From the NCBI GenBank assembly GCA_004431415.1, contig QPMI01000517.1, positions 124,001-188,000 of the forward strand: 64,000 bases of DNA, read 5' to 3'. Source of the DNA: Cyanophora paradoxa CCMP329 (Eukaryota; Plantae; Glaucophyta). Below the pieces are notes generated by a model, which was not told where the DNA came from, ran no database searches, and saw only the letters and a list, made by a program, of their open reading frames with translations. Below are positions 39,465-52,600 of the stretch, piece after piece; within the stretch, counting starts at the first letter, position 1, and each line of letters starts with the position of its first letter. A program made the position numbers and the translations under genes.

Positions 39465-41444
39465 ACGCGGGCTGCGGGCGCCGGAGTCGGGGCGCTATTT
39501 GTAGTTTACTTTTACCTTCGCACCTTTTCAGTTTTACCTGCGCCTTCGCGCGCGTGTACTTTTCACCTTTTCACCTTTTATTTAACCTGTACAGCAGAGC
39601 TAGCAGAGCTGCTAGCGCTGTTTCAAGCCGATGTCACAGTGTACAGTACCAGAGCAGTACTATTTAGACAGTATCCTGATATCAGATTGACATTTTTGTG
39701 ACATCAACATGACACTACATCTGACAATATCCTGACACGGTTCTGACACTTAAAATAATGTCCGGATAATGTCAGTTGCAGGCAAAGTGTCAGGATAATG
39801 ATGTCAGGGCTGACAATATTTATAGTGTCAGAATGATGTCCGGGTAGTGTCAGTTCCTACCCCATTCTACTAGTGGAGAACATCTTCCTGCCGCCCGAGT
39901 TCAGCATGCCGGCAGTGCTGACGATCGAGGGACCAACCGGGATAGTCAGGCGAGTCGAAGGCGACCCCCGGCGGCACGCCGCTGTGCTTCACGCGCACCA
40001 CACGCACTTCGCGTGGACGAACCAGCTCAAGGCCGGGGAGTGGCTACGGCTGCCAGTGGACCATGGGGCCGTGTACGATCAGATGACTATGGGGCCCCGC
40101 CGAGTCGGGGTGAGCCGGGAGAGCAACTGCTTCCGGGGTACGCACATGAAACTCGTGATGGGTACGGTGGCGACGGCCCTCGTCCGCAAGCGAGACGCGC
40201 CCGAGCTCTACAGCGAAGTGAACCCGGCAGGACTCTGTGCGCTCTGCAGCACGCGGGAAATCGATGGCGAAGGCCGGCCCCGGCTTGTGACTGGGCCCGA
40301 GGAGACGCTCGAGCACGTCCTCACCTGCCCCAGCGCGGTGGCGACGGAGGCGCGCACCGCTGCGGAAGCACGCATCGCAGCGACGGTCAGCGAGGCCCTC
40401 GAAGGCGCGCAGAAGCGATCAGTGCCACACGCGCTCTCCAGATCCCTGAAGGTCACGAGAGTCAACGACCCGACGCTCACGGCGGCTGAACGGCAGGCGC
40501 AGATGTGCGTGCTACGGGGCTGCCCCCGGCGGGCCTCACCGACATGGTCCGCGAGACCGTCCCGGACGCCAAGAAAGCTGCCCAGGTCGTGCGCAAGCTG
40601 GCGACGGCCATAGGCGAGCAGGCCCATAAAACGTGGGCCGCCAGATGCCAGGCGTACGCGGAGTGGGAGAAGGCGTGCGGGATCACGAAGGTCATGAAAG
40701 AACGTCGCGCCAAGGCGAAGCGCACTGGGGCGCGCGACCGCGAGGCCGACGCGCCGCCTGACGATACGGCTGGCAACGCTCGCAGGAAGCGCGCGGATCC
40801 GGAGCCCGGCAGCGGGAACGCTGCAGGGAGTGCGGTGCCCTCGAGTCCCGCCACCAGGGCGGGGAAACCCTAGCCCTCTCACACCTGAGCTGCCCGCCAG
40901 ACGACTACGGCTGGGTCCGGGCTTCGGCGGCCATGCAAGTGTACGACCATACGAACAGGTATGCTTGGGGCGTGGGCACAAAAAGGGCGCGCCCGCGCTA
41001 GAGGGAGACACGGGGGATTGCGGTCTGGGGTCGGGGCCGGAGGACGCAACACCAACAACTGGAGGCGGCGGAGGCGACGGCAGGAGGCGGCCAGTAGCCC
41101 AATCTACTGGGGCTGGCGAGGAGCCTGGCACACGGCGCGGCGAGGCCCTTGGGCAGCGCTGGCGGCGGACGTACCATGATTGGGAGTCTTTTGTAGAGAT
41201 AGGACCTCGTAGCCGGGAGTTTAGGTTAGTTTAGAAATCGATACAGCTAGCTTCCACATCATTAGTATTAGGTAGAAACCTCCTTAGCTAGATATCTAGA
41301 CACGAAACCTTCAAACCTTTCGTTCATTTTGTACTTTCTAAAGCACAGCATACGACGGTCCTCGATAGTATCTAGTCGGAGAGATTTATTGGGCGATGTG
41401 AAACTCATTGTAGTTGTGTTGTGTGCTAATGCAAGAGACCAAGA

Positions 41445-41507
41445 GGTCTCGAAGGCCTCCTTCGGGTCCCGCGTCCACTCCAGGATCTTCTTGCCCCAGT
41501 ACATCCT

Positions 41508-41545
<38 letters not shown>

Positions 41546-44340
41546 CGTCAGAGGGGTGAGAGGAAGAGCCAGGAAGGAGGGGGTGGGGGGGTGGGCGAGG
41601 TGGGAGGAGCCCCCTGAGAGCAAGAATATATATAACCGGCGGCGGGCCCTCACCGCGCGTAGCTAGATCCTCTAAATTCTAAAATATGTAGGCGGCGGCG
41701 GGCGCTCACCGCATGTAGTTGTGCATCTTGCCGGTGATGACCATCTCCTTCTGCGAGGCGTCCCAGTAGGGGTCGGCCGTCCGCGAGGTCAGCCGGGCAT
41801 GAGGGCAAGGCGGAGGCCTGGCATAGGGACCCAGCCGACCCCGAGCCTGGCCTGGCCCATGGGTGGCCCGGTCTGGCCTGGCCTAGGGACCCGGGGGAGG
41901 CGGCGGAGGTCGAGGCGAGCAAGGGGCCCGGCCCAGCCTATCCTTGCCCTCCCTGCCAGGGACCCGGCCCGGCCTAGGGACCGGGCCCAGCCTAGCCCAG
42001 ACCGGCCCAGGCCCAGCCTATCCTGGCCCGGCCCATCCCATTCTATCCTTGGCGTGGCCGGCGCGGACCTGGGAGGCGTTCCAGTAGGGGTCGGCCGTCC
42101 GCCCCGCCTCCAGGTCCCCCCGGCTGTACACCTTCTCCCGGTGGTCCTGCGGGGCGCGATCAGCATCCGACCGGCTAAGCTTGAGATCTAGGTGCCGTCC
42201 CTCCATCTAGTTCTCAAATTGACTTAAGCTAGCCTAGCCTAGCCTTAAGCTTAGCTCTAGCCGCCCGCGGTCCATCCATCTCGGCCGCGCGGCCACGCAC
42301 GGGCTTGTGCTTCTCGAGGCTCTTGCGGGCCCAGTCGGGGAGGCCCTCGTACTTGTCGTAGCGGTCGTTGTACTGGCAGAAGTTCATGCTCAGCTCCCGC
42401 CGCACCTGCGGGGCGACGTGGGTGTGGGTGGGGCGGGGGTTGAGGGTCGGGGGGGGGGGGGGGGGGGGTGCGGGGGAGGGGGGGGGGGGGGGGAGGGGAA
42501 GTTGTGTACGAGGGAGCGCGCTAGCTGCAGTGATCGGGCCGGGGCCCAGGTAGCGCGGCCGGCTAGAGGGCTAGAGAGCGTTCGGGGTCAGGCGGGAGAG
42601 GGGGGGGCGACGGGAGGTGTGCAGGGGGGCCCTCTAGCCGGGAGGGGGGGTACGGGCCCAAGGGAAGGAAAGAGAGAGGGGGGGGGGGGGAGAAAGTCAA
42701 GGTGGAGGCGGGTCTGGTACTCGAGGATGGTAGCTGTGCTAGGGAGCGCTAGCTATAGCGGTCGGGCAGGCCCGGAGGGCGGTCGACTACGGGGCTAGGG
42801 AGCGGCCAGGGCCGGGCCCAGGGCCGGACGGGGGGCGGAGGTACGCGCGGCCCGGAGGGGGAGGGGAGGAGGGGAGGGAAAGGGAGAGAGGGGTACGGGC
42901 GCACGACGAGCTCCTCGATGTAGGACTTCTTGGCCTCGGCGTTGGTCGCCCGGCGGGAGACCTCCAGCGCGATCCGCAGCGGCGAGATCTGTACCGCCCG
43001 GCGGTTAGCTCGAGGCGAGGCGAGGCGAGGCGAGAGGCTAGAGCAGCTGGGCGTTCCTAGCTGGGCGTGTCTAGACAGCACGACAGCAAGATAGCTAGCT
43101 CGCTGGCCGCCGCCCCCGCCTCCCCCCCCGTCCCCGCCCCCCCCGCGCTCCGGGTTCGACCCTGGGCGAAGGCGGACCTGCCCAAAGTGGAGGCACGGCG
43201 ATATGTGCGAGACATAGTCCTCGCTGCGCGCACAGGAATAAGAAGAGGAGGAGGAGGAGGCGGCGCGCGTCAGCCAAGCAAGGGAGCGAGCTCAGATCGA
43301 GCGGGATCGACCGCACCTCGGCTCGTTGCGCTTGTCGGCGTAGTGCCGCAGCTTCCGCTCGATGAACTCCTGGGGGGGAGGAGTCAGCGGGGCGGCCGCT
43401 GGGCCTTTGTACGATAAGGATCTTATAATCTTTGTATGATAAGGATCTCATCAGGGTCTTAAATGAAAGGCTATATTTCGGGCTACAGCGAACTCGCCTC
43501 GAGGTGGCGGTTGGCCTCCGACTCGCCCCCGATGTACGTCGCCACGCGCGGCACCGCCCGGTCGATCTGCGCGGCGGCGCGGGGCGGGGCGGGCGTGAGC
43601 GGCGGGCGGGCGGGACGGTGCGGGAGCTAAGCGGGGCGGAGACGAGCGAAGGGCGGGGGCGGGGGCGACCGGAACGGGGCGGGCGGGAAGGGGGGGGGGG
43701 GGGGGGAAGGGGGCGAGGGGGGGGAGCGGAGGCAGGGGCTGGGCGGGGGGGGGGAGGGGGCGGGGGGGGAGGCGGGCGGGCGGGCGGGGCGGGCGGGCCT
43801 GGAGGGACGCCAGGGCGGCGGAGACGTCGGAGAGGTCGAGGGCGCGCCCGCCGTCGGGCACGCTGAGATCCGTCGAGCGGTGCTTCACCGCCACCTCCGC
43901 CACCGGCACCTGCGCCAAGAAGCTTAGGGAGAGAGGCTAAACTTGGGGAGAGGGAGAGAAAGGATGCGCCGGCGCCGCGCTAAAGCTTAGGCTAAAGCTT
44001 AGGAAGAGGCAGCGCAGCTTAGAGAGCTAGCTAGCGCAGCTTAGAGAGCTAGAGCTAAAGCTGCGCAGCCCGAAGCTTAGGGAGCGAGGCTAAAGTTGGC
44101 CGGGCTCGGCAGAAGCGTCGGGAGAGAGAAGAGGCGCCGGCGCCGGCGCCGCGCAGCCCCCAGAACTTGGCCCCCTAGCTAGGCCTTGGGTCTTCGCGGT
44201 GAGGCCGCTAGGCGACCAACGGCCAACGGCCGGGGGGCGCCGGACCTGCGCAGCCCCCAGGACTTGGCCCCCTAGCTAGGCCTTGGGTCTTCTGGGCGTC
44301 AGCCCATAAAGCTTGGCCTAGCGCTAGCTGCGCATAAAGC
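41445..44340 (-). pseudogene. Truncated duplicate of the class II photolyase gene
   Basis: Exons near-identical to 58685-62615 ([45 protein letters not shown]). Lacks the 5' exons and is cut mid-exon at 41445. SPYLHFGQ is changed to SPCLHFGQ. Confidence 0.88.
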
Positions 44341-45331
44341 TCGGCCGCCGGACTTAAGGAAAGGCCAAGCGCCGCAGAGGGAAGTATTAGTTGGAGAGTA
44401 CTAGTCGGTCTGTCATTGAGTCTGTCATTCGTCTATTAGATAAGATCCTATTGTTCTTCTATATATGGTGCAATTCCATTTACGTATACAGAGCGTGGAA
44501 AGTCCCCTGCGGCTGGCTACGTATAGATCGAGAAAATTGAGGCCAAGGCCTCCTCGAGGGGCTTGGGCGGCGCCGCCGGCGCCGGCGCCTGCGACTCGCC
44601 CTCGGCCTTGGGCTTCTTTGGCTGATCATGATTCTATTATCAATATTCTTCTATTAGAACACATTGTTCTAAAAGATCGAGGCCTCCTCGAGGGGCTTCT
44701 TCGCGGCGGGGGCCGCCTCCCCAGCCCCGGGACCCGCCCCGGCGCCCTTGCCCTTGCCCTTGCCCTTGCCGACGGCCGGCGCTCCCGGCCCGGAAGCGAG
44801 CTATAGCTAGGCCCGTGCCGGGCGCAGCGCTCCGTATCCGGCGCCGGCAGCCGCGGCCGGAGGCTTTAAGGTGAATTTGGCTTTGGGAGAAACTATCAAA
44901 GCAACATATATACGGGCGGGAGTGGAGTCGGAGCCGCCGCCGCCGAGGAGGAGGAGCCCTGGACCGGCGCCCTAGCCCGGCAGAGTTAACGTTCTAGATC
45001 TGTAAGGGTGGGGGTACGCGGAGGGTGATCGAGCCCGGGGCTGTCTTGGGCCCCGCCCGGATCGGATCGGGTCTCGTTCTTTTCGCACATGCACAGTTGC
45101 TTTATTAATATATAGATTAATTATATTGACGTCATTCGCGAGAGTGAAGACAAGAGTATAGGGCGAAAGCGAAAGGGATCCGGATTTCCCGGAAAGGTGC
45201 GAAATCCAGTTCACGGGGTTTTATCACAGGGGGCGTTCTAGATCGAAATCCGGGAGAATTCGAACTCGGACGCTACAGCTACAGCTGGCCCGGCCCGTGG
45301 CCCCCAGGCTCGGTCGCCGCACACGGTCGCC

Positions 45332-46059
45332 TCATAATAAGAGGCGGGGCGCAAGGGCTGCCGCGAGGGCGGCGGCGAGGAGGCCGGCGATCGCCGATGC
45401 CGCGAGGCCCGCCGGCGCCGCGCCGCTGACGTACGGCCTGCGTGCAGACGGAAGGCCGCTGTCAGTAGGGGAGGGGGTGGTTGGGGGGAGATCTAGATCT
45501 GCCCTCAGGCGCCGCATTTGATTGGGCCAGAAGGCTGCCCGCGGCCGGCGGGGGCGGGGGCGGGGCGAGGCGCCGGCGAGGGGGACGGACACGGCGGGGG
45601 CGGCGGGGACCCGGAGGCCCAGGCGAAGGCGCGGACGAGGGTGAAGGCTTCGAAGGCGCCGCCCGGGCTGCGGACCTCGATGTCGTACCCCTGGCCCGCC
45701 GCGAAGGCCCCGGCGGCCGCCTGCGCATGCGGGGGGAAGCAGTGAGCTCGAGTTCGAGTCTGCGGCCCCGGCCCGCCGCGGGCCGGGAGCTCGAGCTCGG
45801 GCGCACGAGGAGGGAGCGCTCGCGGGCGGTTGCCGATCCCGACAGGGAGCACTCGGTGATGCGGGGACGGCTGCTCATGTCAGAGGGGCAGGGGGCCGGG
45901 GTGCCGGGTGCCGGGGCGGGCCGGGCGGGCGGGGCGGGGCGGGGCGCACAGATGGTGAGCAGGGTGGAGCTCACGAAGCGCGGGTTGCCGGCGGGCACCG
46001 CGAGGTCCCCGAGACGATGTCGACCTGCGCCCCCGGACCAGCCCGGCCCGCGATTGGCA

Positions 46060-46098
<39 letters not shown>

Positions 46099-47668
46099 CG
46101 GGCGGGGCGGGGCGGGGCGGGGCGGGCGGGAGGGGGGGGGGGGGGCGGGGGGGATGGAGAGAGGGGAGGCGAGGGGGCGGGAGGGGCGGGGCGCACGGTC
46201 ACGCCCTGGCCGGTGGGGAAGCCCGAGCCGGGGATTCGCAGCTCACCCCCCGCCTGCGCCCGCCCGCGCCGTGCGCTAATTATAAGCGACCGGCGCGGGG
46301 CCGACGATCGAATGGCGCGAGGCTCGCGGACCGGGGGGGCCGTGAAGACGGGTGTGCTGAAGACGGGGCGGCCGCTTGCGTCGTATGTGATGCTGGTCGA
46401 CGTCCCGAGTCGAGGCTAAGCTTAATGGAGGACACGATGCTTGCCGCGATCTGCGGGGAGAGGAGGGCAGGGAAGGGCTCGGCGCCGCGTGCTCTGGCAT
46501 GGCAGCGGGGCGGGGCGGGGCGGGGGCGGGGGCGGGCCTCTGGCGCACGGGGCTGGGGGCCGGGCGTCGGGCTTGGGCCCGCGGCCGCGGGCGGCGAGGG
46601 CGTCGCTCCAGATCCGGACCGGGGCGCGCTCGTGGGGCTCGGGGAGGGCGAGGGGCCCGCCGGGGCCCCGCTCGACGGGCTCGGGCTCGGGCTCGGGCTC
46701 GGCGAGCTCGTGGGGGACGGGCTCGGGCTCGGGCTGGCGCTGGGGCTCGGGCTTGGGCTTGGGCTTGGGCTCGGGCTCGGGCTCGGCGTGGGGTAGACGC
46801 AGACCCCAGAGGCGTTGGCGGCGGGGGCGTCGCAGGTGCAACGGGCGAAGGCCGCGCCGTTGGCGCAAGCGGAGTAAACGCAGTTGCCGGAGACGTTGGC
46901 GGCGGGGGCGTCGCAGCTGCAGCTCGCGACCGCGAATGCCGCGCCGTTCGCGCAGTCGGGGAACGTGCACACCTGCGCGGAAAATCTTAAATCAGAAGCT
47001 CATGAAGCGCGATCGCGGATCGAACGCGCGCGAGGTCGCGATCGACATCGGATATCGATGGGGCGCGGCCCGGCGCGCGCATGCGCATGCGCACGTTGTT
47101 GACGTCCGTGCCGGGTGCGTTGCAGGAGCACGCCGCATTGACGCCCACCATGATCGTTTGGTTGTGCACGCACGGGGAGGTGCCGGGGAAGTTGGACGCG
47201 ACCGCGCGGGCGGAGACGCGGGCGGCCGTGCGGGCCCTCGCCCATCGGAAGTTCCGGATCCCGGCGCCGGCGGCTGCCGCAATATAAAATCACAATCGAT
47301 ATCAGATCGCTTTCAATCTTGCAAAGTTGGCGCGAGAAAGGGAGCGGATGTGTACCTTTCGAGGAAGGGTTGATTGCAATTGCCCCGGGGCGGCCGCGGG
47401 CGAAATCTAAAGCGGCGGCCGCGGGGGAGACCCCCCCCGCGCGCCCGCGGCCGGCGCCATCGGCCGGCGCGGCGCGCTTGTCGAACAGGGCGAAGAAGTC
47501 AGCAGTGGCACTATGGCCGCTGGCAGCGGCGGGCGCGGGCGCCGTCGACGTCGACGTCCCGCAGGCCGCGGCCTCAAGCTGCAGACACCCGACGGCCGCG
47601 GCCGCGAGAAGGAGGACCAGCGCAGCGGGAGCGACGCGTGCTCTGGATCTAGAGCTGGATCCCGCCAT
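45332..47668 (-). CDS. Multi-exon cell-surface protein: signal peptide, three Cys repeats, (SP)n stalk, Ig/IPT-like region, hydrophobic C-terminus
   Basis: N-terminal AALVLLLAAAAVG; CSCNAP/CSCDAP/CTCDAP repeats; PSPSPSPS tract; PRITECS..YDIEVRSPGG; C-terminal GLAASAIAGLLAAALAAALAPRLLL-stop. Exact exons are uncertain and frameshifts are possible. Confidence 0.7.
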
Positions 47669-48632
47669 GATCGAAGGTTCACCAGCTGCAGGCTGCAGCG
47701 TGTAGGCGCAAGCGGCCGTACGGTATACAGCCGTGAGCTGTCGATCCGGGCGGTCCGGAATCCGGATTATGGACCGGATACTCCGCCGGCCGCCGTATCG
47801 ATATCTTAAGCGTGCTAGCGCGCTTTAATTTTCGCCTTCGACTCAGGCTTCGAGGCAATGGCAGCCGCAATGCGGCGCGCGCGCAAGGCGACCGTCGGTC
47901 CGGCCGCTCCCGGAGTCCGGCGCCGGCGTCGGACGGCTGTCCGAGCTCGAGGAGCTCGAGGCTCCGCCGCTCCGCCGGCACCAGCTGCACAGTGTACCCG
48001 TGCTGCCGGGGCCGTGCAGGACGGTGCAGCGCCGTGACGCGGCCGTCACGCCGCCGTGCCGCAGTGCTACCTAGTACTAGGCTAGCGCTGCCGTTTCGAA
48101 TTCATTCTTGCGTACTGCGGAGTCTGCGGCATGCATTATGCATACTAGTATACAGCGCAAAGCTCTGCAACAATTGAATTTCGAATTTCCGAAATCATGA
48201 ATTTCGATGAATTTCGATCCAAGAAAGCAATACTCTCGGAAAATCGATTTGTCACTTGCGCATGCATCTTACAAAAACAAATGCACTTAGGCATCATGGC
48301 ATGCCTTCAGCGTAGCTGCCGCGTAAAGAACGTAGCAATGTTTTTAGCAGCGACAGATAATAGGGATATCTGGTATCGATAGATAGGAACATCGATCGAT
48401 ATCGTGCGCGACTTGCTAATTGCGGCGAGGTCGAATTCATCGGATCAGATCTAGATCGATATCAAGATCTAGATCTATAGCTAGTCTAATATTTGCCAAG
48501 TTGCGAGCTGCAGCGTGCGCAATTGCAAGCTCCACACTAGCATACCACACTTCGCTCCGCTCTATCGCTTCATGTACACTGAGTCACGATCGCATTACTG
48601 AAGTTATAGCACTAGTCATGACCACAGAGTAC

Positions 48633-48686
48633 TTCCCCCCTTGCACCCCCGGCCGCGATTTTCGCGCCGGGGGTGCAAGGGGGGAA
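48633..48686. other. GC-rich hairpin, possibly a Helitron-type 3' terminus
   Basis: ttccccccttgcacccccggc..gccgggggtgcaaggggggaa 21-bp stem. CTAAT at 48700, CTAGT at 48714 and ACTAGT at 48611. Confidence 0.45.
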
Positions 48687-49699
48687 CCGGCGGCGGGATC
48701 TAATGAAAGAGTCCTAGTGGCACGCACATGCGCAGAGTCCTCCCCTCGGGGTCGCGCTGCTCGGCTGCGGGCAGCGGCGCACGCGGTACTGCGGTATAAG
48801 CTCGATTTCGGCGGCGTGCTGAGCGCAGCAAGAAAGCACGGTCTGGACGACCGGGCGTGCTCGGCTGCGATCAGCGGCGCAGCTAGGCAGCGGCGCAAGC
48901 GGTTTTGCGGTGCAAGCTCAAGCTCGAGTGCCGGGCAGCGTGCTCGGCTGCGGGCAGCGGCGCGTGCTCGGTAGGCGGTGCAAGCTTATGCAGTGAGAAG
49001 TAGTCCAGGTGGCACGGGTACCGTGCGGCGTACGCGGCGCAGTGCGAGGAAGCGGAAATCTGCCATACAAGTCCAGCCGAAATTAAAGCGGAGCACAGCG
49101 AGTGACTGGCGCGAGACCGGGCAGGTAGGAAGTGCAGTTTAGATCAGCCGAGATGAAAAACATTTTTGGTCTCCCGCCAGAAGCTCGCCGCGCGAAAGTT
49201 GGCCTCGGAGGTCGCTGCGCCCCGGCCCCCTCTCCAGCCCTCGACAGCGCAAGGCAGCTCAAGGCCCGCCCAGGCCCCCCCGCTCCCCCCAACTGCCCTT
49301 CCCGGGACTCGAACGCTGGGGCAATAAGACGCCGGCGCACTGCTAGCTCGGCTAGCTCGCCGCGAAACTGGCCTTTTCGTCGTCGCCTTTGTATGGCCAT
49401 ACATCTAGGAAATTTTTGTACCGCGTCCGCGAGAGACTGAGCATTGGATATGCATTAAGATGCGTACTAGCTCGTGTTAAGCGCTTCGGTCTCTCGCCAA
49501 TCGCTCCCCCTAGTTTAATCGGGCCGTACCGAACAGATAGAGGAGACAGCTAGGGAGAAGTGGTTCCATGCAGAACCGCGCAAGGAAGAGCCCGGAGTGA
49601 GAGAGAAGTTGGTTTTCCCCTCGAAAACCACTTTTCGCGAGTTCGAGAGAGCTCTCGCGAGCCCGAGTCAGGCGAAGCCTCTTTCAGGCGAAGCCTCTT

Positions 49700-52600
49700 T
49701 CTCAAACCCAAAAACCGCCGATATAAATTCCTTTTTTAACCTTTTTTTCCACTCAAGATCCCCCCTGCTAAATAATTTCCGCGTCGCACTCCCTCGAGGA
49801 CGAATTATTAATTCTGCCTCGACACGGACGCGATTGCCGCTAATGACTCAGCTACCCTAACCCCCACAGACCTCTCTAGATCCATTTTTAGCGTCGTGGC
49901 TCCCCTAAGACGACCGCTCGCCCGTGGGCGTCGCGCGAAAATCGAATTTCCCTCTGGATCAATTCCGGTACTTAACCTCCGACAAATGCAGTCCGAGTCA
50001 GAAGGTGGGACCCGGTCCCGCCCGGTCCCGCGACGAAATCGCGCCAGGGACGCCCCAGAACGATACAGAATGCCGCGCGAGGCGAGCGCATCGCCGCAAG
50101 CTCGATTTCAAGCGCCGTCGACGCTCCAGTGCGAAGAGTCGGCCGAAAATTTGATCCAGCGCTAGCCGGTCCCGCCCGGTCCCGCGACGCGCGCAATCGA
50201 TGCGTACTGGCGCGCATGGACATAGCAGGGCCTGCGCACCCCCGAAATCCGCTTTTCGGAGCCGGAACAGCGCAGGAAGGTACCCGACGGCCAAAATTCG
50301 ATCCTGCACGCGCCCTGACATCTTTCCGCGCGCCCACGCCGCGGCGCATGCGCGGAACGATAGCATAAGCATTTAAGATGTAGGCAAAGTCTTCCGCACG
50401 CTTTGCGTATGCGACGGGCCGCGAGGACCCAGCCGACCCCGAAAATTCGATCCTGCATGGACCTGCACATCTTTCCGCGCGCCCTCGCCTCGAGCTCCGC
50501 AGCCCCGCACATCGATGCTATAGCTATATGCATTCAAGATTCTGTTTAAGCGATTCGCAAGCTCTGTGCATGCGCCTGGCCGCGAGAACCTTGCCCTCCC
50601 GGGCCTCCCTCTCAACAATATTATATATAATTCATCTCCTCTAATCTCAACCTGCTCCGGCCTCCCTTTATTTCCTCAGTACATTAATATTCCTCTAGTT
50701 ATATTCCTCTAGCCGGCCAGCGGTAGCTGGACTGGCCGTCAGCCGGCCAGCTTCCAACCAGAAAGCTGTTCGCGATCGGCCAGGCCGCTGGCCAGTGCGA
50801 AATTCCTTTTTTAACCTTTTTTTCTACTCGAGATCCCCCCTGCTAAATAATTTCCGTGTCACACTCCCTCGAAGCAGAATTATTAATTCTGCCTCGACAC
50901 GGACGCGATTGATGGACATTACACAGCTGCCCGAACCGCCACAGACCCCTCTAGATCCATTTTTAGCGTCCTAGCTCCCCTAAGACGACCGCTCGCCCGT
51001 GGGCGTCGCACGACATCGAATTTCCCTCTGGATCAATTCCGGTACTTAACCTCCGACAAATGCAGTCCGAGTCAGAAGGTGGGACCCGGTCCCGCCCGGT
51101 CCCGCGACGAAATCGCGCCAGGGACGCCCCAGAACGATACAGAATGACGCGCGAGGGCGAGCGCATCGCCGCAAACTCGGTTTCGGGCGCCCTCGACGCT
51201 CCAGTGCAAACAGTCGGCCGAAATTTTGATCCGGCCGGTTCCGGCCGGTCCCGCGACGCGCGCAATCGATGCGCACTAGCGCGCATAGGCATAGCAGGGC
51301 CTGCGCACCCCCGAAATCCGGTTTTCGGAGGCCGAACAGTGCAGGAAGGTACCGGACATCAAAAATTCGATCTTGCACAGGCCCGGACATCTTTCCGTGC
51401 GCCCACGCCGCGGCGCATGCGCGGAACAATAGCATAAGCATTTGAGATGTAGACAAAGCATTCCGCACAGTTTACGGATGTGCCGGGCCGCGAGGACCCA
51501 GCCGACCCCGAAAATTCGATCCTAGACGGACCTGCACGTCTTTCCGCGCGCCCTCGCATCCTCACGCAAGCACATCGCTACTATATTCATTTGGGATTTT
51601 ATCAAAGCCTTCCACAAGCTTCGAAGACGCGAAAGAGCACGAGAACCCAGCCGGCGGCAAAAATTCGATCCTGCACGGGCCCGGACATCTTTCCGCGTGC
51701 CCACGCCGCGGCGCATGCGCGGAACAATAGCATAAGCATTTGAGATGTAGAAGAAGCTTTCCGCACGCTTTACAGATGCGCCGGGCCGCGGGGACCCACC
51801 CGACCCCAAAAATTCGATCCTGGACAGACCTGCACATCTTTCCGCGCGCCCTCGCATCCTCACGCACGGGCATCGCTACAATATTCATCAGAGATGTTTT
51901 AAAAGCCTTTCGCAAGCTCTGCGGACGCAACAGGGCGCGGCAATCCAGCCGACGCAAAAATTCGATCCTGGCCACGCCTGCACATCTTTCCGCGCGCCCT
52001 CGCCTCCGCAGGCCTACACATCGATGCTATATGCATTCGAGATTCTGTTTAAGCGATTCGCGAGATCTGCAGCTGTGCATGCGCCTGCACGTCAGACGAT
52101 CATGCAACGAGCCGGCGACGACGACGACATGCGCTTCCAGACAAACGCGGGGCACGTACGGGAGCGCGGGAATGCGAAATGCGCGCGACCAGTAACTGCC
52201 GCTCTCCCCGGCCACAGTATTTAAATCCGACTGCGAACATAATAGCATCGAACAATATATTTCCGTCTCCTCTCGGCCCCGCACAGACTTTCTCACACAC
52301 AAACCTAGCGTGCATAAAAATAACTGACGCACTTCTCCTCTTGCATATAACAATTCCCTTGCATTCATTGTCTCCTCTCCCCTATAAACAGTATACCCGA
52401 CAATTGCGAAACAGATCGGCGAAGCACGTGCGCAGCGCTCCGGCGCGTCCTGAAGCGAAGCCCTCCAGCTAATTGCCGCGGAAATCTCCATTTGCACTCT
52501 AAACAAAAAAACAACCGCGTGCGCGCAGATATGCCTCCACCCGTCCCGTTCGTTCAAGACCCCTACGCGTTCAGCGTGACTGCTGCCTTCGGTGTCCACG

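Larger units (their letters stand above)
37278..39875 (+). mobile_element. Non-autonomous CACTA (EnSpm/CMC) DNA transposon
   Basis: Terminal inverted repeats CACTAGTAGAATGGGGTAGGAACTGACACTACCC at both ends. 3-bp target duplication GAG (37275-37277, 39876-39878). Dense subterminal CTGACA/TGTCAG motifs. Confidence 0.97.
31403..40873 (+). pseudogene. Element B ORF2 (APE 31679-32626, RT ~34030-35150, RNase H ~36780-37250, CCHC ~40235-40330), disrupted
   Basis: MTFNTRG, GVQE, LLGDWNS, SDHYP; LRPITLQE, LPQGG, YADD 34708; WTDGS, KAEL, TDSQ, KVKAH, NDAAD. Indels near 32900, 36700 and 40520. Removing the CACTA restores ..LDE-NIFLPPEF.. in frame. Confidence 0.92.
31032..41444 (+). mobile_element. Element B: related LINE (APE-RT-RNase H-CCHC); 5' part displaced by element A and interrupted by a CACTA element
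   Basis: Probable ORF1 tail 31032-31225, then a spacer. ORF2 runs from ATG 31403 to stop 40873. The 3' UTR ends abruptly against a photolyase exon at 41445. Confidence 0.88.
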
